DNA of 64,000 nt from an uncultured Clostridia bacterium. Its GTDB lineage: Bacteria; Bacillota; Clostridia; Oscillospirales; Acutalibacteraceae. A model generated the notes under the pieces. It made no database searches and was not told the origin of the DNA. It saw nothing but the letters and a program-made list of their open reading frames with translations. The position numbers and the translations under genes are program-made. Position 1 is the first letter of the stretch; each line of letters starts with the position of its first letter. The stretch is from NCBI GenBank assembly GCA_944384705.1, contig CALWUI010000003.1:1544-65543 (forward strand). The letters are read 5' to 3'. This document shows, one piece after another, positions 10,620 to 19,102 of this stretch.

Positions 10620-10735
10620 ATTATTATATAGTTTTTGCTTTTTATATTTTTATTTTGATTGGTAAAATTTACATTGAGAATAGTTTTGCTGTTTTTAAGT
10701 AAATTTTTATTTAAAATTTTTAGGAGGTTAAAAAT

Positions 10736-11185
10736 ATGTCAGGATTAGTGCAAAAATTTAAGGAAATATTAACTCCACCAGAGGATGAGTTTGACTATGA
10801 ATATGAAAGTGATAACGAGAGTTTAAACAAAAAAAATGATTCTAAATCTTCTCAAAATCGCGCTAGTGCCCAGAATAATAAAGTTGTAAACATTCATGCA
10901 ACAGCTCAGCTACAGGTGGTGCTTTTTAAACCAGAACGTTTTGGAGAGGACACTAGAGCAATTGCAGACGAGCTTATAAAAATGCATACGGTTGTTTTAA
11001 ATCTTGAAAATACTAATAAGGATGTTTCTCGTCGTATCATAGATTTTTTGAGCGGTGTAGCATACGCTAATAGTGGCCAGATAAAAAAAGTGGCTACAAG
11101 CACGTTTATTATTACTCCTTATAATGTTGGCTTAACAGGTGACGATCTTTTAGACGAACTTGAAAATAATGGCGTTTATTTTTAA
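10736..11185 (+). CDS. sepF: cell division protein SepF
   Basis: 149 aa. Conserved C-terminal SepF domain (VVLFKPERFGEDTRAIADEL..VVLNLE...DVSRRIIDFLSG). GGAGG RBS. Confidence 0.85.
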   Translation: MSGLVQKFKEILTPPEDEFDYEYESDNESLNKKNDSKSSQNRASAQNNKVVNIHATAQLQVVLFKPERFGEDTRAIADELIKMHTVVLNLENTNKDVSRRIIDFLSGVAYANSGQIKKVATSTFIITPYNVGLTGDDLLDELENNGVYF

Positions 11186-11214
11186 TGTTACCTGAGAATT
11201 TGGAGGAATAATTT

Positions 11215-11895
11215 ATGCTAACAGTTAATGATATAAAAGACGCTAAATTTAGAAAGACTAATATTGGTGGCTATAAGGCTGAAGATGTTGATAATTTTTT
11301 GGATGAAGTTCAAATTTCTTATGAAAAACTTCAGAAAGAGAATTTGAATCTTACTCAGAAGATTAAAATTTTAGCAGATAGAGTTAGTCAGTATAGAAAA
11401 GATGAAGATAGTGTAAAGATTGCACTTGTAGGGGCACAAAAATTAGCTAATTCTGCAATTGCCGATGCTAAAAAAGAGGCAAACACAATTATAGAGAATG
11501 CTAAAAAAGAAGCAGATTTTATTTTGAACAATGCTAATAGAGAAATAATGAGTCAAAAAGAAACTTTAGTTAATTTAAAAAAAGCGGTTAAGGATTTTCG
11601 TTCGAATATATTGTCTTTATATAAAGAACATTTGAAGTTGGTTAATTCTTTTAATGCAGAGGATAGACTACCAGCCGATTTTAAAGATAAAATTGAGAAT
11701 TCAAGCAATAACGAGTTAAAATCGGAAAAAGTAGATATTCATTCTGACGCTGGATTTGAGCAGTATGCTTGTAAAACTGAGCCGGAGAATGAGCCAAAGG
11801 ATATTTCTTCTGAAAAATTTTCTGATTTAAAATTCGGAGAAGATTATGACCTTAGTAAGGATATGAATGAAGAACCTGTGGGACTGTTAAATTGA
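11215..11895 (+). CDS. divIVA: DivIVA family cell-division/septum-site protein
   Basis: N-terminal DivIVA motif (LTVNDIKDAKFRKTNIGGYKAEDVDNFLDEV) followed by a coiled-coil. Confidence 0.85.
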   Translation: MLTVNDIKDAKFRKTNIGGYKAEDVDNFLDEVQISYEKLQKENLNLTQKIKILADRVSQYRKDEDSVKIALVGAQKLANSAIADAKKEANTIIENAKKEADFILNNANREIMSQKETLVNLKKAVKDFRSNILSLYKEHLKLVNSFNAEDRLPADFKDKIENSSNNELKSEKVDIHSDAGFEQYACKTEPENEPKDISSEKFSDLKFGEDYDLSKDMNEEPVGLLN

Positions 11896-11931
11896 TGCAG
11901 TCCCTAAAATTTTTGATTGGAGTTGTTATAA

Positions 11932-14727
11932 ATGCCTAAAGACTATAATGAAACATTAAATCTACCAAAAACTAAATTTTCTATGCGTGCAAATTTGCCT
12001 CAGACTGAACCGAATCTTTTGCAAAAATGGGAAGAAAATAATTTATATGATAAGTTAATGAAAAAAAATCAAGATAAACCAACTTATGTGGTACATAATG
12101 GCCCCCCATATGCAAATGGAAGTATTCATATGGGGCATGCTTTGAATCATATTTTGCAGGAGTTTGTAGTTAGATACAAGAATATGTCTGGATTTAAGGC
12201 TCCTTTTGTGCCGGGGTGGGATACTCATGGTCTACCAACTGAGCTCAAAGCGAGAAAAAAAGCTGGAGTAAATAATTCATTAGATATATCTGATATGAAA
12301 CTTCGTAACTTGTGTAAAGACTTTGTTATGGAGTATATAGAAGATCAAAAGACACAATTTAAAAGACTCGGCATTTTAGCAGACTGGGGTCATCCTTATG
12401 TGACGTTACAAAAAGATTATGAGGCTAAACAAATTGAAGTTTTTGCTAAGATGGCTTGTGATGGGCATATCTATCGCGGATTAAAGCCTGTTTACTGGTG
12501 TTCGGACTGCAAAACCGCACTTGCTGAGGCTGAAATAGAATATGCTAATGATATTTGCTATTCCATATACGTTAAGTTTAAGATAAAAAATGATAATGGT
12601 AAACTTACTAGTTTGGACCTAGATTTAAATCGGATGTATTTTGTTATTTGGACTACTACAGCTTGGACTTTGCCAGGAAATGTTGCTATTTGTGTCGGTC
12701 CAGACTTTGACTATAATATTGTAGAATGTGATGGCGAATATTATATTATTGCAGATAAGCTTTGTGATTCGGCAATGAAGAAGGCCGGAAAAGAAAATTA
12801 TAAAGTAGTGGCTTCGATAAAGGGTTCAGAACTTGAATTTATGACGGTAGAACATCCATTTTTGGATAGAGAATCATTAGTTATTGTAGGAGATCATGTG
12901 ACGCTAGATTCAGGAACAGGTTGTGTTCATACTGCACCAGGACATGGCGTTGAAGATTTTGAAGTCTGTCAGAAATATAAAAATATTAAAGTGATGGTTC
13001 CAGTTGATGATAACGGAGTTTTAACCGAAGAGGCCGGAATGTTTGCAGGACTTAGTACGGAAAAAGCTGGCAAGCCAATTGCACAATATCTCGATGATAT
13101 TGGAGCGCTGCTTGCTACAGAAAAAATAGAACATCAATATCCGCATTGTTGGAGATGCAAGAACCCTGTTATATTTAGAGCAACTGAACAATGGTTCTGC
13201 TCGATTGATGATTTTAAGGATAATGTGTTAAAAGAAATACAAAAAGTTAGATGGATCCCTACATGGGGCCAAGAGAGAATCTCTTCGATGGTTCGTGAGC
13301 GTAGAGATTGGTGTATTTCTCGACAGAGAAAATGGGGAGTTCCATTGCCAATTTTCTTCTGTGAAGAATGTGGAGAGCCATTAATAGAAAAAGATGCTAT
13401 GCTAAAGGTTGCAGAAATTTTTAGAGCTGAAGGTTCGGATTCTTGGTTTATAAAACCGGTTGAAGAAATTTTGCCTGCCGGAATATCGTGTAAAAAATGT
13501 GGAAGTAAAAAGTTTAAAAAAGAAACAGATATTATGGATGTTTGGTTTGATTCAGGAGTCTCACATGCAGCTGTTTGTGCACAGAGAGACGATCTTGCTT
13601 GGCCAGCGGATTTATATTTTGAAGGTGCAGATCAATATAGAGGCTGGTTTCAGTCTTCACTTTTAACATCTGTTGCAACTACTGGAAAGGCTCCCTACAA
13701 AATGGTGATTTCTCATGGATGGGTTGTCGACGGAGAGGGAAGAAAACAATCAAAATCTTTGGGCAACGGAATGGAACCACAGAAGATAGTTAATCAGTAT
13801 GGAGCGGATATTTTAAGATTGTGGGTGGCTTCTTCTGATTATCATGCGGATGTTCGGCTTTCGCAAGAAATATTAAAGCAATTATCTGAAGCCTATAGAA
13901 AAATTAGAAATACGATTCGTTATATGTTAGGAAATCTTTACGACTTTGATCCAAATAAGAATATGGTAGATTTAAGTAAGCTTTTGCCTTTAGATAAATG
14001 GGCTATTTGCAAATTAAATAAGCTTATTGAGAATGTTTTAACTTCCTATGAAGAATTTGAATTCCATAAGGTTTATCATGATGTGCATCGCTTTTGTGTT
14101 GTGGATATGTCTAATTTTTATTTTGATGTATTAAAAGACCGTCTTTATGTCGAACGTGCAGATGGAGTTTCTAGAAGATCGGCTCAAACGGTAATTTATT
14201 TAATTTTAAATGCTATAACTAGGCTTTTAGCACCGATTTTGGCATTTACAACTGAAGAAGTTTGGCAGTGTATACCTCATGTAAAAGGTGAAGAGACTGA
14301 ATCTGTATTATTTAATTCTATGCCAGAAATTTTAAATATAAATGTTTCAGAAGATTTTATAAGGACTTGGGATAAAATTATTAATATAAGAATAGAAGTC
14401 CAAAAAGTTCTTGAAGAGGCTAGAAAGAATAAGATTATCGGCTCTTCTCTTGAAGCTTGTGTGACTTTAAAATGCGATGAAGATTTGTATGACTTTATTT
14501 TGCCATTGCTTGGAGATTTAAAGGACATTTTTATAGTTTCTCAAGTAAAAATAGATAAAAACATTGAAAGAGGTAATACTTCTACAGACATAAAAGGATT
14601 AGATATTACGATAAGTCGTGCAGAGGGAGAAAAATGTGAACGTTGTTGGATTTTTAGTGAAACTGTAGGCAATAATGCTACAGGTGAACAGCTCTGTAGT
14701 CGTTGTGCAGAGATATTAAATAAATAA
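11932..14727 (+). CDS. ileS: isoleucine--tRNA ligase
   Basis: 931 aa. HIGH motif (PYANGSIHMGH), KMSKS-type motif (KQSKS), CP1 editing domain, C-terminal Zn-ribbon (CERCW...CSRC). Confidence 0.95.
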   Translation: MPKDYNETLNLPKTKFSMRANLPQTEPNLLQKWEENNLYDKLMKKNQDKPTYVVHNGPPYANGSIHMGHALNHILQEFVVRYKNMSGFKAPFVPGWDTHGLPTELKARKKAGVNNSLDISDMKLRNLCKDFVMEYIEDQKTQFKRLGILADWGHPYVTLQKDYEAKQIEVFAKMACDGHIYRGLKPVYWCSDCKTALAEAEIEYANDICYSIYVKFKIKNDNGKLTSLDLDLNRMYFVIWTTTAWTLPGNVAICVGPDFDYNIVECDGEYYIIADKLCDSAMKKAGKENYKVVASIKGSELEFMTVEHPFLDRESLVIVGDHVTLDSGTGCVHTAPGHGVEDFEVCQKYKNIKVMVPVDDNGVLTEEAGMFAGLSTEKAGKPIAQYLDDIGALLATEKIEHQYPHCWRCKNPVIFRATEQWFCSIDDFKDNVLKEIQKVRWIPTWGQERISSMVRERRDWCISRQRKWGVPLPIFFCEECGEPLIEKDAMLKVAEIFRAEGSDSWFIKPVEEILPAGISCKKCGSKKFKKETDIMDVWFDSGVSHAAVCAQRDDLAWPADLYFEGADQYRGWFQSSLLTSVATTGKAPYKMVISHGWVVDGEGRKQSKSLGNGMEPQKIVNQYGADILRLWVASSDYHADVRLSQEILKQLSEAYRKIRNTIRYMLGNLYDFDPNKNMVDLSKLLPLDKWAICKLNKLIENVLTSYEEFEFHKVYHDVHRFCVVDMSNFYFDVLKDRLYVERADGVSRRSAQTVIYLILNAITRLLAPILAFTTEEVWQCIPHVKGEETESVLFNSMPEILNINVSEDFIRTWDKIINIRIEVQKVLEEARKNKIIGSSLEACVTLKCDEDLYDFILPLLGDLKDIFIVSQVKIDKNIERGNTSTDIKGLDITISRAEGEKCERCWIFSETVGNNATGEQLCSRCAEILNK

Positions 14728-14750
14728 GTTTTATGTTGTTGTATATCAGT

Positions 14751-14779
14751 GGTGTATCGAAAGATACACCGTTATTTTA
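14751..14779 (+). terminator. intrinsic terminator after ileS
   Basis: GGTGTATC-GAAA-GATACACC hairpin followed by GTTATTTTA. Confidence 0.6.
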
Positions 14780-14803
14780 ATTTTAAAAAGTGAGGTCAAG
14801 TGA

Positions 14804-15259
14804 ATGAGGATAACTTTTTTAGTGTTTGTTTTTGTTGCTGTCGACCAAATTTTAAAATATATTGCTGCTGCAAATTTAAAAAATGCTGGGAGTATTATTG
14901 TTATTCCGGGTTTACTCGAACTCGTTTATATTGAAAATAGAGGTGCAGCCTTTGGAATACTTCAAAATCAACGATGGTTTTTTATCATTTTTGCTGTTAC
15001 TATGATTTTAGCTTTCATTTACTTAATAAATGTAAAAAAAATAAATAACAAGATTTTTCTAACTTCTGCTGTTTTAATAATTGCGGGAGGATTAGGTAAT
15101 TTTATAGATAGGCTTTTTTTAGGATATGTGATTGATTATATAAAACTTTCTTTTTTTCCTCCAGTTTGTAATTTTGCAGATTATTGTATAACTTTTGGTG
15201 TAGTAATTTTAACTGTCTATATATTATTTTTTTATAATAAAAAAGATGCTTTAAAATAG
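14804..15259 (+). CDS. lspA: lipoprotein signal peptidase II
   Basis: 151 aa, 4 TM helices, NRGAAFG and FIDR..LGYVIDY motifs. Confidence 0.85.
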   Translation: MRITFLVFVFVAVDQILKYIAAANLKNAGSIIVIPGLLELVYIENRGAAFGILQNQRWFFIIFAVTMILAFIYLINVKKINNKIFLTSAVLIIAGGLGNFIDRLFLGYVIDYIKLSFFPPVCNFADYCITFGVVILTVYILFFYNKKDALK

Positions 15260-15271
15260 GAGTCAACATTT

Positions 15272-16198
15272 GTGGGAGAAATTATTGAATTTTTTATCGA
15301 CGAAAGTTGTTTTGGAGAACGGTTAGATAAAGTTGTTAAAATAAAAACTAAAAATGAGATTACGCGATCTTATGCTCAAAAACTTATAAAAGGTAAATGT
15401 GTACAAATTGACGGTAATTTAGTTGAAGACAAGAATTATAAAGTTCAATTAAATCAAGTAGTAAAGATTTTTGTCCCGGAGCCGGAAATTTTAAATATAA
15501 AGCCAGAAAATATACTATTAGAAATTATCTATGAGGATAGAGATCTACTAGTAGTTAATAAACCTAAAGGAATGGTAGTGCACCCGGCATATGGCAATTA
15601 TTCTGGAACTTTAGTCAATGCTCTTATGCATCATTGTGGAGAAAATCTCTCAACTATAAACGGTATAATTAGGCCAGGAATTGTTCATAGAATCGACAAG
15701 GATACAAGTGGCCTTTTAATAGTTGCCAAGAATGATTTTTCTCATAAAATGTTGTCTGAACAAATAAAAAAACATTCTTTTTTGCGAGAATATGAGGCTG
15801 TAGTTTATGGCACGTTTAAAGATCTTGAAGGAACAATTAATGCTCCAATTGGAAGGCATAAATATGATCGCAAAAAAATGGCTGTAATTAAAGAAAATTC
15901 AAAAGATGCTATAACTCACTATAAGGTGTTAAAACAGTATAATAGATTTGCTCATGTCAGGCTAAAATTAGAAACAGGAAGAACTCACCAAATACGTGTA
16001 CATATGGCTTATATTGGGCATCCTGTTGCAGGAGACAAAGTGTATGGCCCAGGTCCAAAGCATGTTATCAATACTTTAGCTGGACAATGTCTTCATGCTA
16101 AATATATTGGTTTTGTGCACCCAAGAACATTGAGTTACCTTGAATTTGAAACAGATTTACCACCTTATTTTAAAGATTTTTTACTTACACTTTCTTAA
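15272..16198 (+). CDS. rluD: 23S rRNA pseudouridine synthase, RluD/RluA family
   Basis: S4 domain followed by the catalytic HRIDKDTSGLL motif. GTG start. Confidence 0.9.
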   Translation: MGEIIEFFIDESCFGERLDKVVKIKTKNEITRSYAQKLIKGKCVQIDGNLVEDKNYKVQLNQVVKIFVPEPEILNIKPENILLEIIYEDRDLLVVNKPKGMVVHPAYGNYSGTLVNALMHHCGENLSTINGIIRPGIVHRIDKDTSGLLIVAKNDFSHKMLSEQIKKHSFLREYEAVVYGTFKDLEGTINAPIGRHKYDRKKMAVIKENSKDAITHYKVLKQYNRFAHVRLKLETGRTHQIRVHMAYIGHPVAGDKVYGPGPKHVINTLAGQCLHAKYIGFVHPRTLSYLEFETDLPPYFKDFLLTLS

Positions 16199-16385
16199 GA
16201 TTTGCAAGGCATGTATTTAAATTATATTAGTTTATTGGTTAAGTAAGTTTGAATTTAATATTAGTATACAAAAAATTTGTGTGCTATTTTTACATATAAA
16301 CTATTTTTTTTACGACAGGTTTCCTCTTTTTTTTGTATTAGGATGAATTATAATTTACAGTAGTCAGAACTTTTGCAAATAAAAA

Positions 16386-16487
16386 GAAGGTGGGCATCCA
16401 AAATTTTACCTAACGGTAAGATTTTGATTTCAGCCACAAAATAAAGTGGCTGAAATGCTCGACGTTGTCGAGCGATGCCCCCACTTC
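16386..16487 (+). ncRNA. unclassified cloverleaf-like four-way-junction RNA structure in the 5' leader of the 16537 CDS
   Basis: Hand-paired. Closing helix 16392-16398/16474-16480. Hairpins at 16400-16425 (11 bp), 16427-16456 (11 bp) and 16457-16473 (7 bp). Junction linkers are 0-1 nt. The U16405-G16420 wobble is a valid pair only in the + strand RNA. It is a GC-rich island in an AT-rich spacer. Confidence 0.45.
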
Positions 16488-16536
16488 TGCTGTAATTTAT
16501 AGAAGATTAAGAACGTAAAGAAAGTGAAGAATTCTA

Positions 16537-17412
16537 ATGTCTCAAAAAAAGCTAAAAGAAATAGAGTATAATGTAGATTATAGAACAGAAGATAAAACAT
16601 CAGTACAAAAATCAAAGGCAATAACAACATCTATTCCAAAAGAAGATTTATCAAAAAAATATTTTCATAAAGATAAAAATGTAAGAATACCAATAAGTTT
16701 TGACAAAGAAAACAAAAAAGCATCTGAATTAGATGTGGGAACCATAAAAGTTTCACGTTATACAAGTTCACGAATTAACTTTTATAAAATTCTTTTTGCA
16801 AGTATAACTATAATTTTAGCGGTGCTTGGTACTATAATTTTGTTTTCTGCGATCAATCGCTCCACATCAGTTATAATTGATTCTTCTACATATGCAAAGT
16901 ATAATAATTATATTGCACCTGTTGTGATGCATGATCCGCATCCATTTAACTCTCCACAAGAAGCTGGATCAGATATGATAATATCCTCTTGCATATGGCG
17001 AAATATTTTTCAAAATGGCACTGATTACTATAAAGAAGTTGACGAACAAGGGTTAACATTGATGCAAATATCAGATGTAAAAAATGCAGCTATAGACTTA
17101 TTTGGAACAGACTCGGTTGTGAAGACAACAGAGAATATATATGGAAGTTTTTACTCATATACGCAGGGAGAAGATTGCTTCCATATTGGGCCGATTAGTA
17201 ATTTAGGAACATTTGTGCCGCATATTGAAGAAATAACCGAGAAAAATAATGATTTGAGCTTGTTAGTTTCGTATTTATCACGAGAAGATAAATTTTTTAG
17301 CACAGGCGAAGATAAATCTGAAACTCCTGAGCCAATTAAGCAAATGCTATATAAACTAAAGCTGAATGATATAAATAACAAATACTATATTTATGCAGTA
17401 GAGAATCCATAA
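16537..17412 (+). CDS. hypothetical single-pass membrane protein
   Basis: 291 aa. Lys-rich N-terminus, one TM helix (FYKILFASITIILAVLGTIILFSAI), extracytoplasmic C-terminal domain. No family recognised. Confidence 0.55.
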   Translation: MSQKKLKEIEYNVDYRTEDKTSVQKSKAITTSIPKEDLSKKYFHKDKNVRIPISFDKENKKASELDVGTIKVSRYTSSRINFYKILFASITIILAVLGTIILFSAINRSTSVIIDSSTYAKYNNYIAPVVMHDPHPFNSPQEAGSDMIISSCIWRNIFQNGTDYYKEVDEQGLTLMQISDVKNAAIDLFGTDSVVKTTENIYGSFYSYTQGEDCFHIGPISNLGTFVPHIEEITEKNNDLSLLVSYLSREDKFFSTGEDKSETPEPIKQMLYKLKLNDINNKYYIYAVENP

Positions 17413-17414
17413 CT

Positions 17415-17795
17415 TTAAGTTATTAAATATATCAGTGCAAATATAAGACTTAAATCGCAACCTTCATCGGCTAAAAGTAAAATTAACAGCAAGATTAAAC
17501 TTTTCTCTTTATCCTTTAAAAGCTCATTGAAGATGTCAAAATTATTTTGATTGTTTGATGATGTTAACGGTTGAATTTGCTTTTTATCGTACTCATCTGA
17601 ACTATTTTTGATATTTTGTGGACTGGATAATTTTTCTTCTTTTTCAGCAGTGCGATTGTTAGGTTCTTTTATTTCGTTAATTTTTTCGCTTGATTCTAGA
17701 GACTGCTTGGCTAGTTTTTGCATTTCTCTAACACGTCGTACAGCTTCTTGTTGCATACGTTGCATATCTTCTAAGTTTTCGAACCCATTATTCAT
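17415..17795 (-). CDS. small hypothetical protein with a C-terminal hydrophobic tail
   Basis: 126 aa. N-terminal MQRMQQEAVRRVREMQKLAK helix, low-complexity middle, C-terminal LILLLILLLADEGCDLSLIFALIYLI. Last gene of a three-gene minus-strand operon. Confidence 0.55.
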   Translation of the reverse strand: MNNGFENLEDMQRMQQEAVRRVREMQKLAKQSLESSEKINEIKEPNNRTAEKEEKLSSPQNIKNSSDEYDKKQIQPLTSSNNQNNFDIFNELLKDKEKSLILLLILLLADEGCDLSLIFALIYLIT

Positions 17796-17833
17796 AATAT
17801 TAACCTCAATAAAAATTGTAATAGTTAATTACT

Positions 17834-18202
17834 CTAAAAGATATCCTGACTTTTTAATATTGGTAAAATTTTAAACATCTGCATCATTTTTATTGACTCG
17901 TTAAGTTTTATCTGTCGTTTTGTGCTTAAAAAAGGTTTTAATGCCGAAAGTAACCGTGTGTTTTCGTCCTCTTTGTTTATAGAAGAGAGAATGGGCATAA
18001 GCTTTATTATTGTTTGCATAGCTTCTATTGAAAGAATCCCATCTTGACTTGTTTGTTCTGAGTCTTCTTTTTTTGTTGAAGAATTTTTTTCTGAACTATC
18101 AAAATTCATATTGGAATTTATAATATTACTTAAATTCTTTATGTTTGTCATATTTTCTTTATTAGAGAGCAAATCGATTAATTTTCCGGTCAAGTCATCC
18201 AT
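17834..18202 (-). CDS. small hypothetical protein
   Basis: 122 aa. LIDLLSNKENM.. N-terminus and ..LLSALKPFLSTKRQIKLNESIKMMQMFKILPILK C-terminus. Confidence 0.55.
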   Translation of the reverse strand: MDDLTGKLIDLLSNKENMTNIKNLSNIINSNMNFDSSEKNSSTKKEDSEQTSQDGILSIEAMQTIIKLMPILSSINKEDENTRLLSALKPFLSTKRQIKLNESIKMMQMFKILPILKSQDIF

Positions 18203-18203
18203 T

Positions 18204-18449
18204 TTAATTTTCTCCCAGTAGTTTTTTTATTAGATTTTGAGCCTGTGGTGTAGATAAAATTTTATTTGACATATTTTTATCTGATAATATTTTTTTTATT
18301 TTTTGTGCATCAGATGGATTTAAATTTCCTAATAAATTTTCAATATCTCCATTTTGAGAAGCTTGTGTTAACTCTTCGGGGCTTTTTCCTAATTGATTGG
18401 AAACTGATTTTAGTAAGTTTTCAAAGTCTCTATTATTCTCATTAGACAT
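18204..18449 (-). CDS. small hypothetical protein
   Basis: 81 aa, helical and charged, ends in STPQAQNLIKKLLG. Its stop is 1 nt from the next start (18202). Confidence 0.55.
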   Translation of the reverse strand: MSNENNRDFENLLKSVSNQLGKSPEELTQASQNGDIENLLGNLNPSDAQKIKKILSDKNMSNKILSTPQAQNLIKKLLGEN

Positions 18450-18605
18450 ATTATATCACCTCTTATATATGGTATGATTTAAGTAACAAAAGTATGAAAT
18501 TAAGAATTTTATATTTAAACTTTAAATTTTTCATGTATATAAACTTTGTAAGAAGGAAATAATTAACTTAAGATAATAGACTTTAGTTGTTAGGGAGATA
18601 TAATT

Positions 18606-19043
18606 ATGGAAGAGACTGTAAGAGATATAATGTCAAAAAATATTGTAGCTGTTATGCCAAATGATACGGCTGAAGTTGCGGCAAAGCTTATGTCTGACTA
18701 CGATATAGGGTCACTACCGGTTATTTCAGGAGGACATCTAAAAGGTCTTTTAACTGATAGAGATATTGTAACTCGTTGCATTTCAGAAGGTAAATCAGCA
18801 AATAGCACCAAAGTAGGTGATTTAATGTCGACAAACGTTGCGTTTGTTACCCCAGAACAAAGTGTGCATGACGCTATTAGTATGATGGCATCAGAACGCG
18901 TCCGACGTCTGCCAGTGGTTAAGGAAGGTTTTGTTGATGGAATGGTTAGTTTGGCGGATATTGCTAGAATTCATTCTGGCCCTGAAATTGCTTCAGCTTT
19001 AACAGAAATTAGTAAAATGGATAGCGGGCACTTACACAAATAA
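18606..19043 (+). CDS. CBS domain pair protein
   Basis: 145 aa with two CBS repeats (IMSKNIVAV..., LMSTNVAFV...RLPVV). GGGAG RBS. Confidence 0.85.
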   Translation: MEETVRDIMSKNIVAVMPNDTAEVAAKLMSDYDIGSLPVISGGHLKGLLTDRDIVTRCISEGKSANSTKVGDLMSTNVAFVTPEQSVHDAISMMASERVRRLPVVKEGFVDGMVSLADIARIHSGPEIASALTEISKMDSGHLHK

Positions 19044-19102
19044 AGTAAAAATAACTTTTATTTGTCTGCTGTGTTGATAATTAAAGACAAAAGGAGAAAT
19101 TT

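Noticed and set aside
16386-16487. Tested whether the four-way-junction elements (this one and 23112-23203) are tRNA pseudogenes or small self-cleaving ribozymes.
   Set aside because: The helices are far longer than tRNA arms and there is no GTTCRA T-loop or D-loop GG. There is no hammerhead CUGANGA...GAAA core. The helices have no internal loops as in hairpin or twister-sister ribozymes. They are kept as unclassified structures rather than given either name.
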